Assembly: GCA_002269645.1 (NCBI GenBank)
Contig: NIVC01000030.1
Location: 26,570 to 90,569 of the forward strand
Direction: 5' to 3'
DNA: 64,000 nt
DNA from: Macrostomum lignano
Lineage: Eukaryota
Part shown: in pieces, positions 37,008 through 48,074 of the stretch
Layout: every line of letters starts with the position of its first letter
Numbering within the stretch: position 1 is the stretch's first letter
Position numbers and translations under genes: made by a program
Notes under the pieces: model-generated
What the model saw: the letters and a program-made list of their open reading frames with translations, nothing else
Told to the model about the DNA's origin: nothing
Databases searched by the model: none

Positions 37008-39820
37008 ATGCTGGCGAGTCACCTACAGAAGACCAAGAATGTTTTTATACAATCTGCTATTCTGGCCTCGAACTCTTGTTGCCATGGAAATGTGGCGGTT
37101 CCTCGTCACGCCAACCAGTTAAATAGTCGCAGCATTAGCACCAGTCCGGTTCGCTGCACTGTGCTCAAGCGGCCTCCGAAATGGGCCAGCAGCTACGTGC
37201 GCCGGCTCAACGCGATGGAGCGGTTAGAACTGATGGCCGCTTTGAGACTGGATGCTGAGCAACATGGGACTGCGGGTGAGGAGCCTTGGCTGGATTTTAC
37301 CAGCCTCCCAGATCCTCAGTTGCTGGGCCAGCCTCCCAGATCCTCAGTGGCTGGGCCAGCCTCCCAGATCCTCAGTGGCTGGGCCAGCCTCCCAGATCCT
37401 CAGTGGCTGGGTCACAAGCCTCCCAGATCCTCAGTGGCTGGGTCACCAGCCTCCCAGATCCTCAGTGGCTGGGTCACCAGCCTCCCAGATCCTCAGTTGA
37501 TGGGCCAGCCTCCCAGATCCACAGTTGCTGGACCACCAGCCTCCCAGATCCTCAGTTGCTGGGTCACCAGCTTCCCAGATCCTCAGTTGCTGGGTCACCA
37601 GCCTCCCAGATCCTCAGTTGCTGGGTCACCAACTTCCCAGATCCTCAGTTGCTGGGTCACCAGCCTCCCAGATCCTCAGTTGCTCGGTCACCAGCTTTCC
37701 AGATCCTCAGTTGCTGGGTCACCAGCCTCCCAGATCCTCAGTTGCTGGGTCACCAACTTCCCAGATCCTCAGTTGCTGGGTCACCAGCCTCCCAGATCCT
37801 CAGTTGCTGGGTCACCAACTTCCCAGATCCTCAGTTGCTGGGTCACCAGCTTTCCAGATCCTCAGTTGCTGGGTCACCAGCCTCCCAGATCCTCAGTTGC
37901 TGGGTCACCAGCCTCCCAGATCCTCAGTTGCTCGGTCACCAGACTCCCAGATCCTCAGTTGCTGGGTCACCAGCCTCCCAGATCCTCAGTTGCTGGGTCA
38001 CCAGCCTCCCAGATCCTCAGTTGCTCGGTCACCAGCCTCCCAGATCCTCAGTTGCTCGGTCACCAGCCTCCTAGATCCTGTTACGTATTATATGTATTTT
38101 TTATTAAATTATGCGACATCTTATTTAATTTTTCAACAGCCGATCAAACAAGCGCTTCAGCTGCGTCAGCGGAGCCTGAAACTAAAACTGCTACTGCTGG
38201 AGTGGCTCAGCCTACAAGAGATCAATTACGTCAAGGTACGAATATTGTATAATATTAATCATTTTCCTTATTGTTCTGCTAGTTACTCTGTTTCATTGTT
38301 AAATATTTATTTCAGTGTTCACTTTAAGCGCCATTCCGTTTGTTGGATTTGGATTCTTCGACAATGCCATCATGATTGTGGCTGTGAGTTTGCTGTGGAT
38401 GCTAAGGGTATGGGACTTGGGTTGAGGGGGAGATTATCATGTTAATGAGAGGGAGATTATCATGTTAATGAGAGGGAGATTATCATGTTAATGAGAGGGA
38501 GAGTATGAGATTGATGAGAGGGAGAGGGTGACATTGATGAGATGGAGAGGATGACATTGATGAGAGGAAGAGGGTGAGATTGATGAGAGGGAGAGGGTGA
38601 GATTGATGAGAGGAAGAGGGTGAGATTGATGAGAGGGAGAGGGTGACATTGATGAGAGGAAGAGGGTGACATTAATGAGAGGGAGAGGGTGACATTGATG
38701 AGAGGGAGAGGGTGACATTGATGAGAGGGAGAGGGTGACCATTGATGAGAGGGAGAGGGTGACCATTGATGAGAGGGAGAGGGTGACATTGATGAGAGGG
38801 AGAGGGTGACATTGATGAGAGGGAGAGGGTGACCATTGATGAGAGGGAGAGGGTGACATTGATGAGAGGGAGAGGGTGACATTGATGAGAGGGAGAGGGT
38901 GACATTGATGAGAGGGTGACATTGATGAGAGGGAGAGGGTGACATTGATGAGAGGGTGACATTGATAAGAGGGAGAGGGTGACATTGATGAGAGGGAGAG
39001 GGTGACCATTGATGAGAGGGAGAGGGTGACATTGATGAGAGGGAGAGGGTGACATTGATGAGAGGGAGAGGGTGACATTGATGAGAGGGTGACATTGATG
39101 AGAGGGTGACATTGATAAGAGGGAGAGGGTGACATTGATAAGAGGGAGAGGGTGACATTGATGAGAGGGTGACATTGATAAGAGGGAGAGGGTGACATTG
39201 ATAAGAGGGAGAGGGTGACATTGATGAGAGGGAGAGGGTGACATTGATGAGAGGGAGAGGGTGACATTGATGAGAGGGAGAGGGTGACATTGATGAGAGG
39301 GAGAGGGTGACATTGATGAGAGGGAGAGGGTGACATTGATGAGAGGGTGACATTGATGAGAGGGAGAGGGTGAGATTGATGAGAGGGAGGGTGAGATTGA
39401 TGAGAGGGGGATGGGGAGATGGAGGTGGATATAGAGAGGCTGAGATGGACAACCGAGACAAAAAATCATCTATAACTGAGTGTTAAACCTCCCAGCGCGC
39501 TCTCCAACTGACAGGGCGAGTACATTGACTTGACCCTGGGTGCAGCTTTCTGCATCAGCACGTTAGCCGCAGCGGCGCTTGGCAACTGGGTGTCCGACCT
39601 GGCCGGCCTCAGCCTGGCCGGCTGGGTGGAAGGCATGACCAGCCGGCTGGGGTTCGAGACGCCCAGATTGACTCCGCAACAGCTGGAGCTGCGATCGACC
39701 AGATGGGCCACCGTGTTTGGCCGGAGTCTGGGCATCTCGCTGGGCTGCCTTCTGGGCATGCTGCCCCTGCTGTTTATTGACACCGATGAGGCTGACGGCG
39801 AGGATGATAAAGGGAAATAA
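37008..39820 (+). CDS. TMEM65: TMEM65-family mitochondrial inner-membrane protein
   Basis: Exons 37008-37275, 38140-38235, 38316-38383 and 39515-39820 are phase-consistent. AIPFVGFGFFDNAIMIVAGEYIDLTLG..ISTLAAAALGNWVSDLAG, with a presequence-like N-terminus. Confidence 0.9.
37296..38075. repeat. TMEM65 intron 1 minisatellite: 28-bp unit shared with FBXO7 intron 3, then a 31-bp GGGTCAC variant
   Basis: CAGCCTCCCAGATCCTCAGTTGCTGGGC, then CAGCCTCCCAGATCCTCAGTTGCTGGGTCAC. Confidence 0.95.
38425..39410. repeat. 23-bp minisatellite ACATTGATGAGAGGGAGAGGGTG in TMEM65 intron 3
   Basis: Directly visible. Confidence 0.95.
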
Positions 39821-39884
39821 CATATGATTGATCGACTAGGTTTAACTGTGCAAGTTATTTTTTTTTAAATAGAAATCGATTTTT

Positions 39885-40265
39885 TAAAGAATCGTCCCTG
39901 AGATTTTTAGAGAATCGCCCCTGAGATTCCTAGAGAATCGCCCCTGATATTTCTAGAAAATCGCCCCTGAGATTTCTATAGAATCGCCCCCGAGATTCCT
40001 AGAGAATTCCCCTGAGATTCCTAGAGAATCGCCCCTGAGATTTCTAGAGAATCGTCCCTGAGATTTCTAGAGAATCGCCCCGAGATTTCTAGAGAATCGC
40101 CCCTGAGATTCCTAAAAAATCGCCCCGGTGATTCTTAGAAAATCGCTTTTGAGTTTTCTAGAGAATCGCCCCGAGTCCTAAAAAATCGCCTCTGAGATTC
40201 ACAGAGAATCGCCCCAGAGATTTCTAGAGAATCGTCCCTGAGATTCCTAGAGAATCGCCCCGAGA
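39885..40265. repeat. 23-bp minisatellite GAGATTTCTAGAGAATCGCCCCT just after the TMEM65 stop
   Basis: Directly visible. Confidence 0.93.
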
Positions 40266-41725
40266 GTCTGCTGTAATGCTGTAAAATGCTGTAATATCTA
40301 GCGCGTAGTTGAAATGTTTGATCTTTATAGTCATATTTTAACCTAAATCCTAAAAATATATCTCGTCAATTTGACAAAATCTTTGCCCACATGACGGTAC
40401 GTTCGCAATTATGAGCTTTTTGTAAAAAAAAGATTTTAAGTTTGCTAATCTTAGTGGAGATTTCGTTCTTAAAAAATTATTTTTGCCTTTTAATTTCAAT
40501 TAGTATATTTTGTTTTAATCAGTATGACAGTTTAAAAATATTTAAATTATTTTAATTCGTGCTTTTTTGGTTCCCACTAAGAGAGCCATGATTCAAATTT
40601 TGTATTTCAGAGTCAGTGGACTTGGGGCAGTATTGCAGATTAGGCAGACATTGAGTGTGCGTGCACTTGAAAAAAAATTCAACAGGCGGTTTCCCAGATG
40701 CTCAGAGTGAAATGAAATTTGGACAGGATCCTCAATACTGTTTGCTCTAGTCGCAAAGTTTATATTTTGACGTTATTGTTACTATTAATATTTTTATATC
40801 ATCTGAACTTCTCCAACCTATTCCCAACAATCGGAGTTAATGTTTTAATCAAGATTTTAAGCAATTTTTTGTTTCAAATTTTACGCAAGCGAACAAAATT
40901 AGTTTTCTTAACATCCTACTGATATCGCAGTGTCAGTAGAGTAGTGCGACTTTTCTCAATTTTTCCTTAAATTTCGACAGTTAGCAAAATAATTAATTTA
41001 ATTTTTTGTGCCTTATAGAATGTCTGCTAATTGCACAATTATTATTGTTATTAGGTAGTAAAACCTATTATAAGTCCTAGTTGACTGGTAGCTCAATTTG
41101 ATTTAATTATTATATTATAATTACTTATTATTGTTATAGTCGTAGTTTGTTATTATTTTTGTTTTTTTTTGACTAGCAATAACCACACTTTTGCTGTATT
41201 ATTTCCATTGCAAATCGTTGTTAACTGATTTCATAGCTAACAAAATGGAGCATGTTCTGATTTTAATCGAATTCATTTATTGTGCTTTATTTTGTTGGCA
41301 TATTAATTTTTTCCTGTTGATATTGTACGCGAATAATTTGACATATTGCCTAAATAAATATTATAGTAGATCAAGTAGCATAATTATTTATCGAATAATT
41401 TAAGTAAAAAGGGTTTTTTGCCTTTATTTATGAATTTTCGATGGAAATTCTTCAACATTTACTACTGAAGTACTCGTAGAAAAGTAGTATGCATAGAAGA
41501 ATTAATTGTGCAAAAATGGTTTATTTTTAGTTGGAATCACATGCTTTGTGAATAGTAGGGTTGTCAAATGCAAGTGTTATCAGTGCATGGTGCTTAGAAC
41601 TCATTGTTTAAACAGAATAGAATGCAGATATTGATTGCAATTGAAAACAAAACTAACTTTTTCTTAAGTAATACTAGAGTGGCACGCATCCTTGCTTGCT
41701 CTGGACCGAGTCGTCTACCGGTAAT

Positions 41726-42090
41726 CTTTTTTTATTAGAGGCAGGGGGTTGTGTGCACCCTGGCGCACTTTAAGCGACATAGGCACACAACCGGCGAGAG
41801 ACATTGTTGCCCATTCCGCCGACTCCCCTGAGCAGGCACACAAGCGCGCGGATACGTACGCAGGCACACACTCACACAGGAGTGTACAGCGGCCCTAACT
41901 TTATTTTATCCTTAGGTATGTACACTTCACTGCGCCTTGGGGGGTTGGCTCTCAAGGCCGTTAATTGCACGAGCAGAGCGAAGCCGAGATTCCAATTCAG
42001 CCCCAAATTAATGTGACTGCACTTGGAATCGAGCCTGGGTCGCTGGCACACCAGAGCAGCTGCGCTACCGCTGGGCTACGCCCCCCCCCC
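41726..42090 (-). mobile_element. tRNA-derived SINE family B, apparently full-length
   Basis: On the minus strand: G10, TAGCCCAGCGG (A box), GGCTCGATTCC (B-box-like), and a 3' end CCTCTAATAAAAAAAG. An 11-bp TSD CTACCGGTAAT lies at 41715-41725 and 42091-42101. Confidence 0.88.
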
Positions 42091-43632
42091 CTACCGGTAA
42101 TAATGAAATCGACTTAACATTTACAGACTGTAGCCAGCATTTTCAAGCCAGTTTAACAAGAAATCAACTTCAACCAGGCTGAGTCTGACTGCGGCTTTTA
42201 AAAGACAATTTCTGTTTGCTTTTGGGTCCCAGTCCCTGCGAGACAAATTAGCAGACAACAATGAAACTCAGCTCTGAATAGCAGCGTCCAGATGGAGCCA
42301 GCCTTCAACAAAAAGACGGGTGCGCATCTGCAATGCCCATGATGAAATCACAAAGTGACTCTAACTTCACTTTTCACTTTTCAAACTACTCTCGAAGTAG
42401 TTTGTAAGGATACAGCTGATAATTATTAGCAGTAATAAAACTACTCGTACTTTGAGAAGGTATATATAATCTCATCTATATCTATCTCATTCGGATGCTT
42501 TTTATCCTGAAGGGCAGATTTAAACATAAATTTGGCACTCATTTCTGAGCAGCAGCACCCAGAATCATCTATCGATGCAGCTGACTGGATTAGGTTGTTT
42601 TGATACTCTGATGCGCTTGACTGCAGCTGCGTTAAGTCCCCACTCATCCTTAGCAGTGACTCACTGAAGCAGGGCACCTCACACAACTCGCCATCTCTGC
42701 TGCACACCAATGCAAGGCTGTCATTTTTGTTCAACTGCCATATCCTATCGATGCGTGAAAAACGCTAACTACTAGTCTAGATATTGATTATAATAAACTT
42801 TTGCTTTCATCCGGCACGCTTTCTTTTTGTATACCTATACACCTATCTGCCAACAGCGATGACATCATGCATGCTGGCTGCAAGTCACTCCGTGGTGGAA
42901 CCCTCAAACAGTGTTGCTGCTGTGAACAAAACTGCGACGGAATTTGTGGTGTCAGCCAGACCATTTTTAAAAAATCGTTCATCCAGAAGACACTCTTAAA
43001 GCCATGGAATCTCACGACTAATTAACAAAGCTGTGTTGAGCGCCTGAATTGTCTTGTGTATTCGAGCACAATTTATCCAAATCGAAATGTGTAGAAAACT
43101 TTTTTCTTCACATTTCGATGTCCGGTTGTAAAGTTGTCCAAAAAGTTCTAAATCAAACGACCTGTCAGAGTCGAAGCAGCTGTCAGTGGTAAACACGTCT
43201 GGCTTTTGCACTACGAACTCCGATTCGATTCAGTTCGCGGCAGGAAACGTTGGTCACCGCGGTGGTTGTGGTGTGATTCACAACCAATCACATCCAAGAC
43301 CACATCCAACATCCAATGGACAGAATTGCCTCAGCGCTTGTGGGGGACTACGGCCGCCCTCTCTATAGAGTTGCAAGCGACTTCTCAGCTCCCAGAAAAA
43401 AAAAGTAGCAGCGAACGCACTCTGCTTCCCGCCTAAAGCTATATACACTTCTGATATATGGGTAATTGATTTGGGATTTGAGCAGTCAAAAGACAGGTAA
43501 AAATATCTATTGAGCCTTTTATTCAAGAAGAATTACAAGAAATTGAAGGCGATCGCTGCAAGCATGACTGATAAATTCCTGTCTTTACAGTTTACGAGTA
43601 CTTTTCGGTAAGTGACTGCCACCCTGATTTAG

Positions 43633-45036
43633 AAACCGCTGCTCACAGTTACTCAATACCTGCTCTTTATACTGACCGCGCATTTCCCCAACGCAGTTTG
43701 CTGCTCTCTCGTGCCTCGAGTACAAGGCACCAGTTTGCGGACCTATTCTGTGTGCTCAGAGCAGCAGCTTCACCTGCTGGAAGCCGTTCTCAACGCCTAC
43801 AACAACGTCACGACAACAGCCAAGGCCACTGATGCAACCGACTGTCTAGCAAAGTGCCAGAGGGTGAGGTGCAGCGCTGCCGTCTCGGTGGAGAGCAATG
43901 CCACGTGCGAGATGGTCACCATAGCAACCGCCAAGCTGTCAATCTCAGCAGATCAGGTGCAGCAAGTCATCGGATCTCAGGTCGATGCGGAAGTGTGGAA
44001 GGCAGAAGACACCGTCTGGCCTTCGCCTGCAGTGCAGCTTCGGAGTGAGTCATCAATGCATTGTCGTGGGTTGTTGCCCCGATTTTGGCACAGCCAGAAA
44101 TTCATTCAATCCAATTTTGTAACTCGCTGACGCTGTCCCATTGCAGACAGCAGCACAGGTAGAAACGGCTCAATCCAAAGCGTCCTCATCAACACGACCG
44201 GCTGCTACCTGATCAAAGCTGGCGGCGCCAGAGGTGGCGGAAACTTACTGAGGAGCACGTCCGGAGGCCAGGGAGTCCAGGTGAGCGCCAGAGTTAACCT
44301 GACAGCCGGCACCCAGCTGAGCATCGTTGTGGGCCAGATGGGCGGCTCGATGTCCTTGAGTTACGGCGGAGGCGGCGGGAGCTTCGTGTACCGGACGGTC
44401 GACCAGCTGCTGCTGCTGGCTGCCGGCGGAGGTGGTGAAGCTTGGTAAGATCAGTGGCTGCAGTTACTAAAACCTCAATATAAAAAACTAAAACATTATC
44501 GATATGGATGGGCAGTTTTATTTATTTCATCTCAGGAAACCAGGAGAGGCTGGAGTTAATAATTCCGACAGCCTGGGAAGCAACAACGACTAATCTACGC
44601 GGGATTCGGCGGCATCAACGGTCAGCCGGGCTCCAACGACCCCGCTAGCACCCACTTCTCTAGCAACCACGGCGGCTGCGGTGCCGGCTGGCTCGGCAGG
44701 GCCGTCAGCCCCAGACGGAGCTCCTCGGACGGAGAGAGAGGCGGCAGTCTGGCCGACGGCTGGGTCGGCGGCAGCGCCGGAGACGGCAGCGTCTGCGATG
44801 GAGGCTTCGGCGGAGGCGGCGGAGGCGGCGGAGGCGGCAGTGCGACCGGGTCTCTGAAAGGCACCCCTGGAGCTGGCGGAGGCTTCAGCGGAGGCGGAGC
44901 CGGAATCAGCTTCGGCCACAGCGGCGGCAGCGGCGGCTCCTTCTGCAGGGGCGGCTGCGTCTTCAATGGCCCCTGGACCGGCGACCAGGGCTTCGTGTCC
45001 GTCCTGCTGGAGTCGGCCTCAGCTGCCTGCGACTGA
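43633..45036 (+). pseudogene. Gene for a probably secreted protein with a Cys-containing PAN/apple-like segment and an ALK/LTK-type glycine-rich domain; frameshifted near 44590
   Basis: Exons about 43633-44044, 44147-44444 and 44536-45036. GSIQSVLINTTGCYLIKAGGARGG...SIVVGQMGG...GGGGSFVY...LLAAGGGG matches the Gly_rich domain pattern. The last exon has TAA at 44591 in the spliced frame, and the Gly-rich frame continues one frame over to TGA 45034-45036. Start not resolved. Confidence 0.7.
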
Positions 45037-45949
45037 TGGCACTGCAGCCGCTTGTTGAAGTGGGGATTCGGAAGTCGTGTTTCAACTTGGATGGTCAGTG
45101 TTTAATACTGCTTATTCATGTGAGCCATGACGCATGTAGCTTACTGCCATTGAAAACAGCACAAATAACAGGTAAAAGCAAAATTAGTTGCTAGCAATGC
45201 AGTGGTAAGTCTGGCTGAGGTTACAAAATTAGACCTGATGAATTAGATTGAATCCCTGTTTAAGTTATCGAATTTCTACAGTTCTCAAACTAAAAAATTA
45301 CTTCAGGAATATTTGCACTATACTGCTGGTGATGTGAACATTTTTATGTAGCATAGAAAATTAAGTAACTCTAATCTAACTACTCGTTTCCTTTTAATCA
45401 CTACTAGTGATCTGTGCATTGTAGTCCCGGACTTTTAACCAAAACGATTAGTCTTTGTGTGAATTTTAATCCAGATTTGTTGCTTTCAACCGGCTTTTTG
45501 TTCATACACAAAGGCAACTTTTCCTCAAAAAGTTTTTTTGCTGTACGACCTACCTTTCCTAAAATTTTTCGAACTAAACTGCTGCTTACCTGATTCTTGG
45601 ATCTCTCACTGCTACGGTCTTTGCACTCAGACAACTCAAACGGATCTCAATTCCCAATTATTAATAAACACTGAATGCACTCGTCTGTCCGAAGCCGCTC
45701 GTCCTTTTTTCTTGCCAGACAATTTCTGGAGGTTTTTTAGACGAGCGGAACAGATTTGCGAGCTCAGCTGTCTTTCAGTGTCTGCTTTCGGCCCATGCCA
45801 AGGCCGCTCGGCTGCAGCTGCCTGCAGTTGCCTTCCTGCACGCATCTGCGCCCTTCCGTACTGTTTGATACAGCAAGATGGGAGATATGGAAAGGTATTG
45901 AGGCGCAGGAAGATGCTGAGGTACAGGAAGATGCTGTCATGCAGGGATA

Positions 45950-46245
45950 TGGCAGAGATGCAGAAGGTGGCAGAGATGCAGGGAGGTGGCAGAGATGCAG
46001 GGCGGTGGCAGAGATGCAGGGAGGTGGTAGAGATGCAGGGAGGTGGCAAAGATGCAGGGAGGTGGCAGAGATGCAGGGAGGTGGCAGAGATGCAGGGCGG
46101 TGGCAGAGATGCAGGGAGGTGGCAGAGATGCAGGGAGGTGGCAGAGATGCAGGGAGGTGGCAGAGATGCAGGGAGGTGGTAGAGATGCAGGCAGGTGGCA
46201 GAGATGCAGGGAGGTGGTAGAGATGCAGGGAGGTGGTAGAGATGT
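45950..46245. repeat. 19-bp minisatellite GCAGAGATGCAGGGAGGTG
   Basis: Directly visible. Confidence 0.92.
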
Positions 46246-46689
46246 ATGAATCCGTTCGTCATTGATAAAGTCAGAGAAGGAAGGAGAGAGAGTTCGTTGA
46301 AGTGAGGTGTTGGCAACTTTTTAACTATTTATGATGCATGGAAAATGCTTTCTTTATCGTGCCCTGACTGACCTTTGCCATAGTTTCACAACTATGAGGA
46401 AGCGGTTGTTTTAGCAAAGCATACTTGCTATTTTTGTTTGTAAGAGTTCAGCAGACCGACAGCACAAGTCAATTATCCATTCATAAGAGAGCGAACTGTA
46501 GATGAGGCTGAATTCCAGAACTGAACAGAGAATATTGCTAATTCAATAGAAATGGTGAGCTCTCAGTAGCTGCAGTTGCTAAAAACAGTAAGTTACGGAA
46601 ACCAAAAATCACATTGATAATCTGTTTGATCGATTTTACCGTAGAGAGACTAGGATAAACGGTTCCAACATCTTCTGGGTGCTAAAAGT

Positions 46690-46890
46690 TCGAATTCAGG
46701 GATTTGACGGCACCAACGGTCAGCCCCAGACGGAGATGACAGCTCGTCTGCGATTGAGGCTTCTTCGGAGTCAGCGAAGGCAGCTGAATGACCAGCTTTG
46801 GATCTGGCGGTGGCTTCAGCGGTGGCGGATTGTTTTGCAGGGGCGACAGCGCCTGGACCGGCGACCAGGTAATTCTCGTGTCCGTTTTGC
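46690..46890 (+). pseudogene. Decayed partial duplicate of the last exon of the glycine-rich gene
   Basis: Collinear matches ACGGTCAGCC, CCAGACGGAG, GTCTGCGAT.GAGGCTTC, GGCTTCAGCGG, TGCAGGGGCG and CCTGGACCGGCGACCAGG, with large internal deletions. Confidence 0.75.
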
Positions 46891-48074
46891 AACTCGGGCA
46901 CCTGACACTGCAGCTCGATAAGAACTACTGCTGTCGTATGAGAGTAGAATGAATTGTGTAGGTTATTTGTGCTAATTAGCCTTACTACATGTAGAACAAA
47001 GATGTATTGCTATGCTTGCTCTGAAGGATATTGCGGATGGTATCGCGTTATGCAAGGTAGCTTTGCTTTTACCTGACACAGACAATATACTTTCTGCTCG
47101 TCTCAAAAACTCCAAAGCATGCTACGAACAAACAAGTGCATTCAGTATTTATCAATTATTAAGAATATTATTAAGTGAAAGATCCAATAATCAGTTAAAT
47201 AGCAGTTCAATTCGACGTCATTTACGAACTGGTGCAGAAAAACTCAACGGTATTGAAGAAAAATGGGCTAGCTCTCATAACTCGGGTTGAAAATAAGAAG
47301 CTCACACTACTTAAAACGTTCCATTAGTATTCGCCAAGTCAAAACCATCGATCATTTTTGCAGATAACCACATAACTCGCAAATTTCTTTTGAAAGAACA
47401 AGGAGGGCGAGTCTGTACTGTACCCCAATTTTCAGTCACTAATAATATAAAAACTGTGTAAAAGTATTACTACTATTCAAGTTAGTAGTATCTAACAATA
47501 GTTTTGTAGCTTGTTTAAAACCAGTGATTTATATTTGCGACGAAACAAGTTGTTGGGGGTTGTATGACAGGGCGTATGATGAAACTACAGAAATTTATTT
47601 TGACAATAGCAATATTCAATTCCTTTTCGAAGTTAGGGAATTCTGTCGACGTAATGAGGAGCAACCTACATAGTTCTACACTTAAGTTTAAGTAGCTTCT
47701 ACTTGTTTTACCCACCAGTATATACGTCAAACCAGCCAATCCACTTAAATCGAATTTTTATTTTGGGTGGAAGATTCGAAAACTTCTCCCTTTAAATTGA
47801 TTCCTTTCTCGTAGCAATGTGATTCCTTTCTTGACTTGAATTCTTGAATTCGCTTCAACAGTACTACTACAAGTAGTTATCAAAATTACAGGCGTACACA
47901 TTCATCTAAGCGAGTGAATTATTGTATTATAATCATATAGCATGTTTTAAAAGTTTAGGCAAAGCTTCATTTGCATCAGGCAAGCATTATAACGATCGAA
48001 ATCCACATATAAAAACACATTTTACAGGTAAAAACGACAATTCTTAAACGGTGTGTCTAATTAGTAATTAATCA

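Noticed and set aside
42020-42090. Possible tRNA genes (also about 1091-1160 and 23730-23800)
   Set aside because: A and B boxes are present but no convincing cloverleaf. Each continues into a shared non-tRNA body, and two have TSDs, so they are SINE heads.
45404-45900. Minus-strand ORFs with a possible 31-nt intron, and plus-strand ORF 47012-47290
   Set aside because: No recognisable motif and no consistent gene model could be built.
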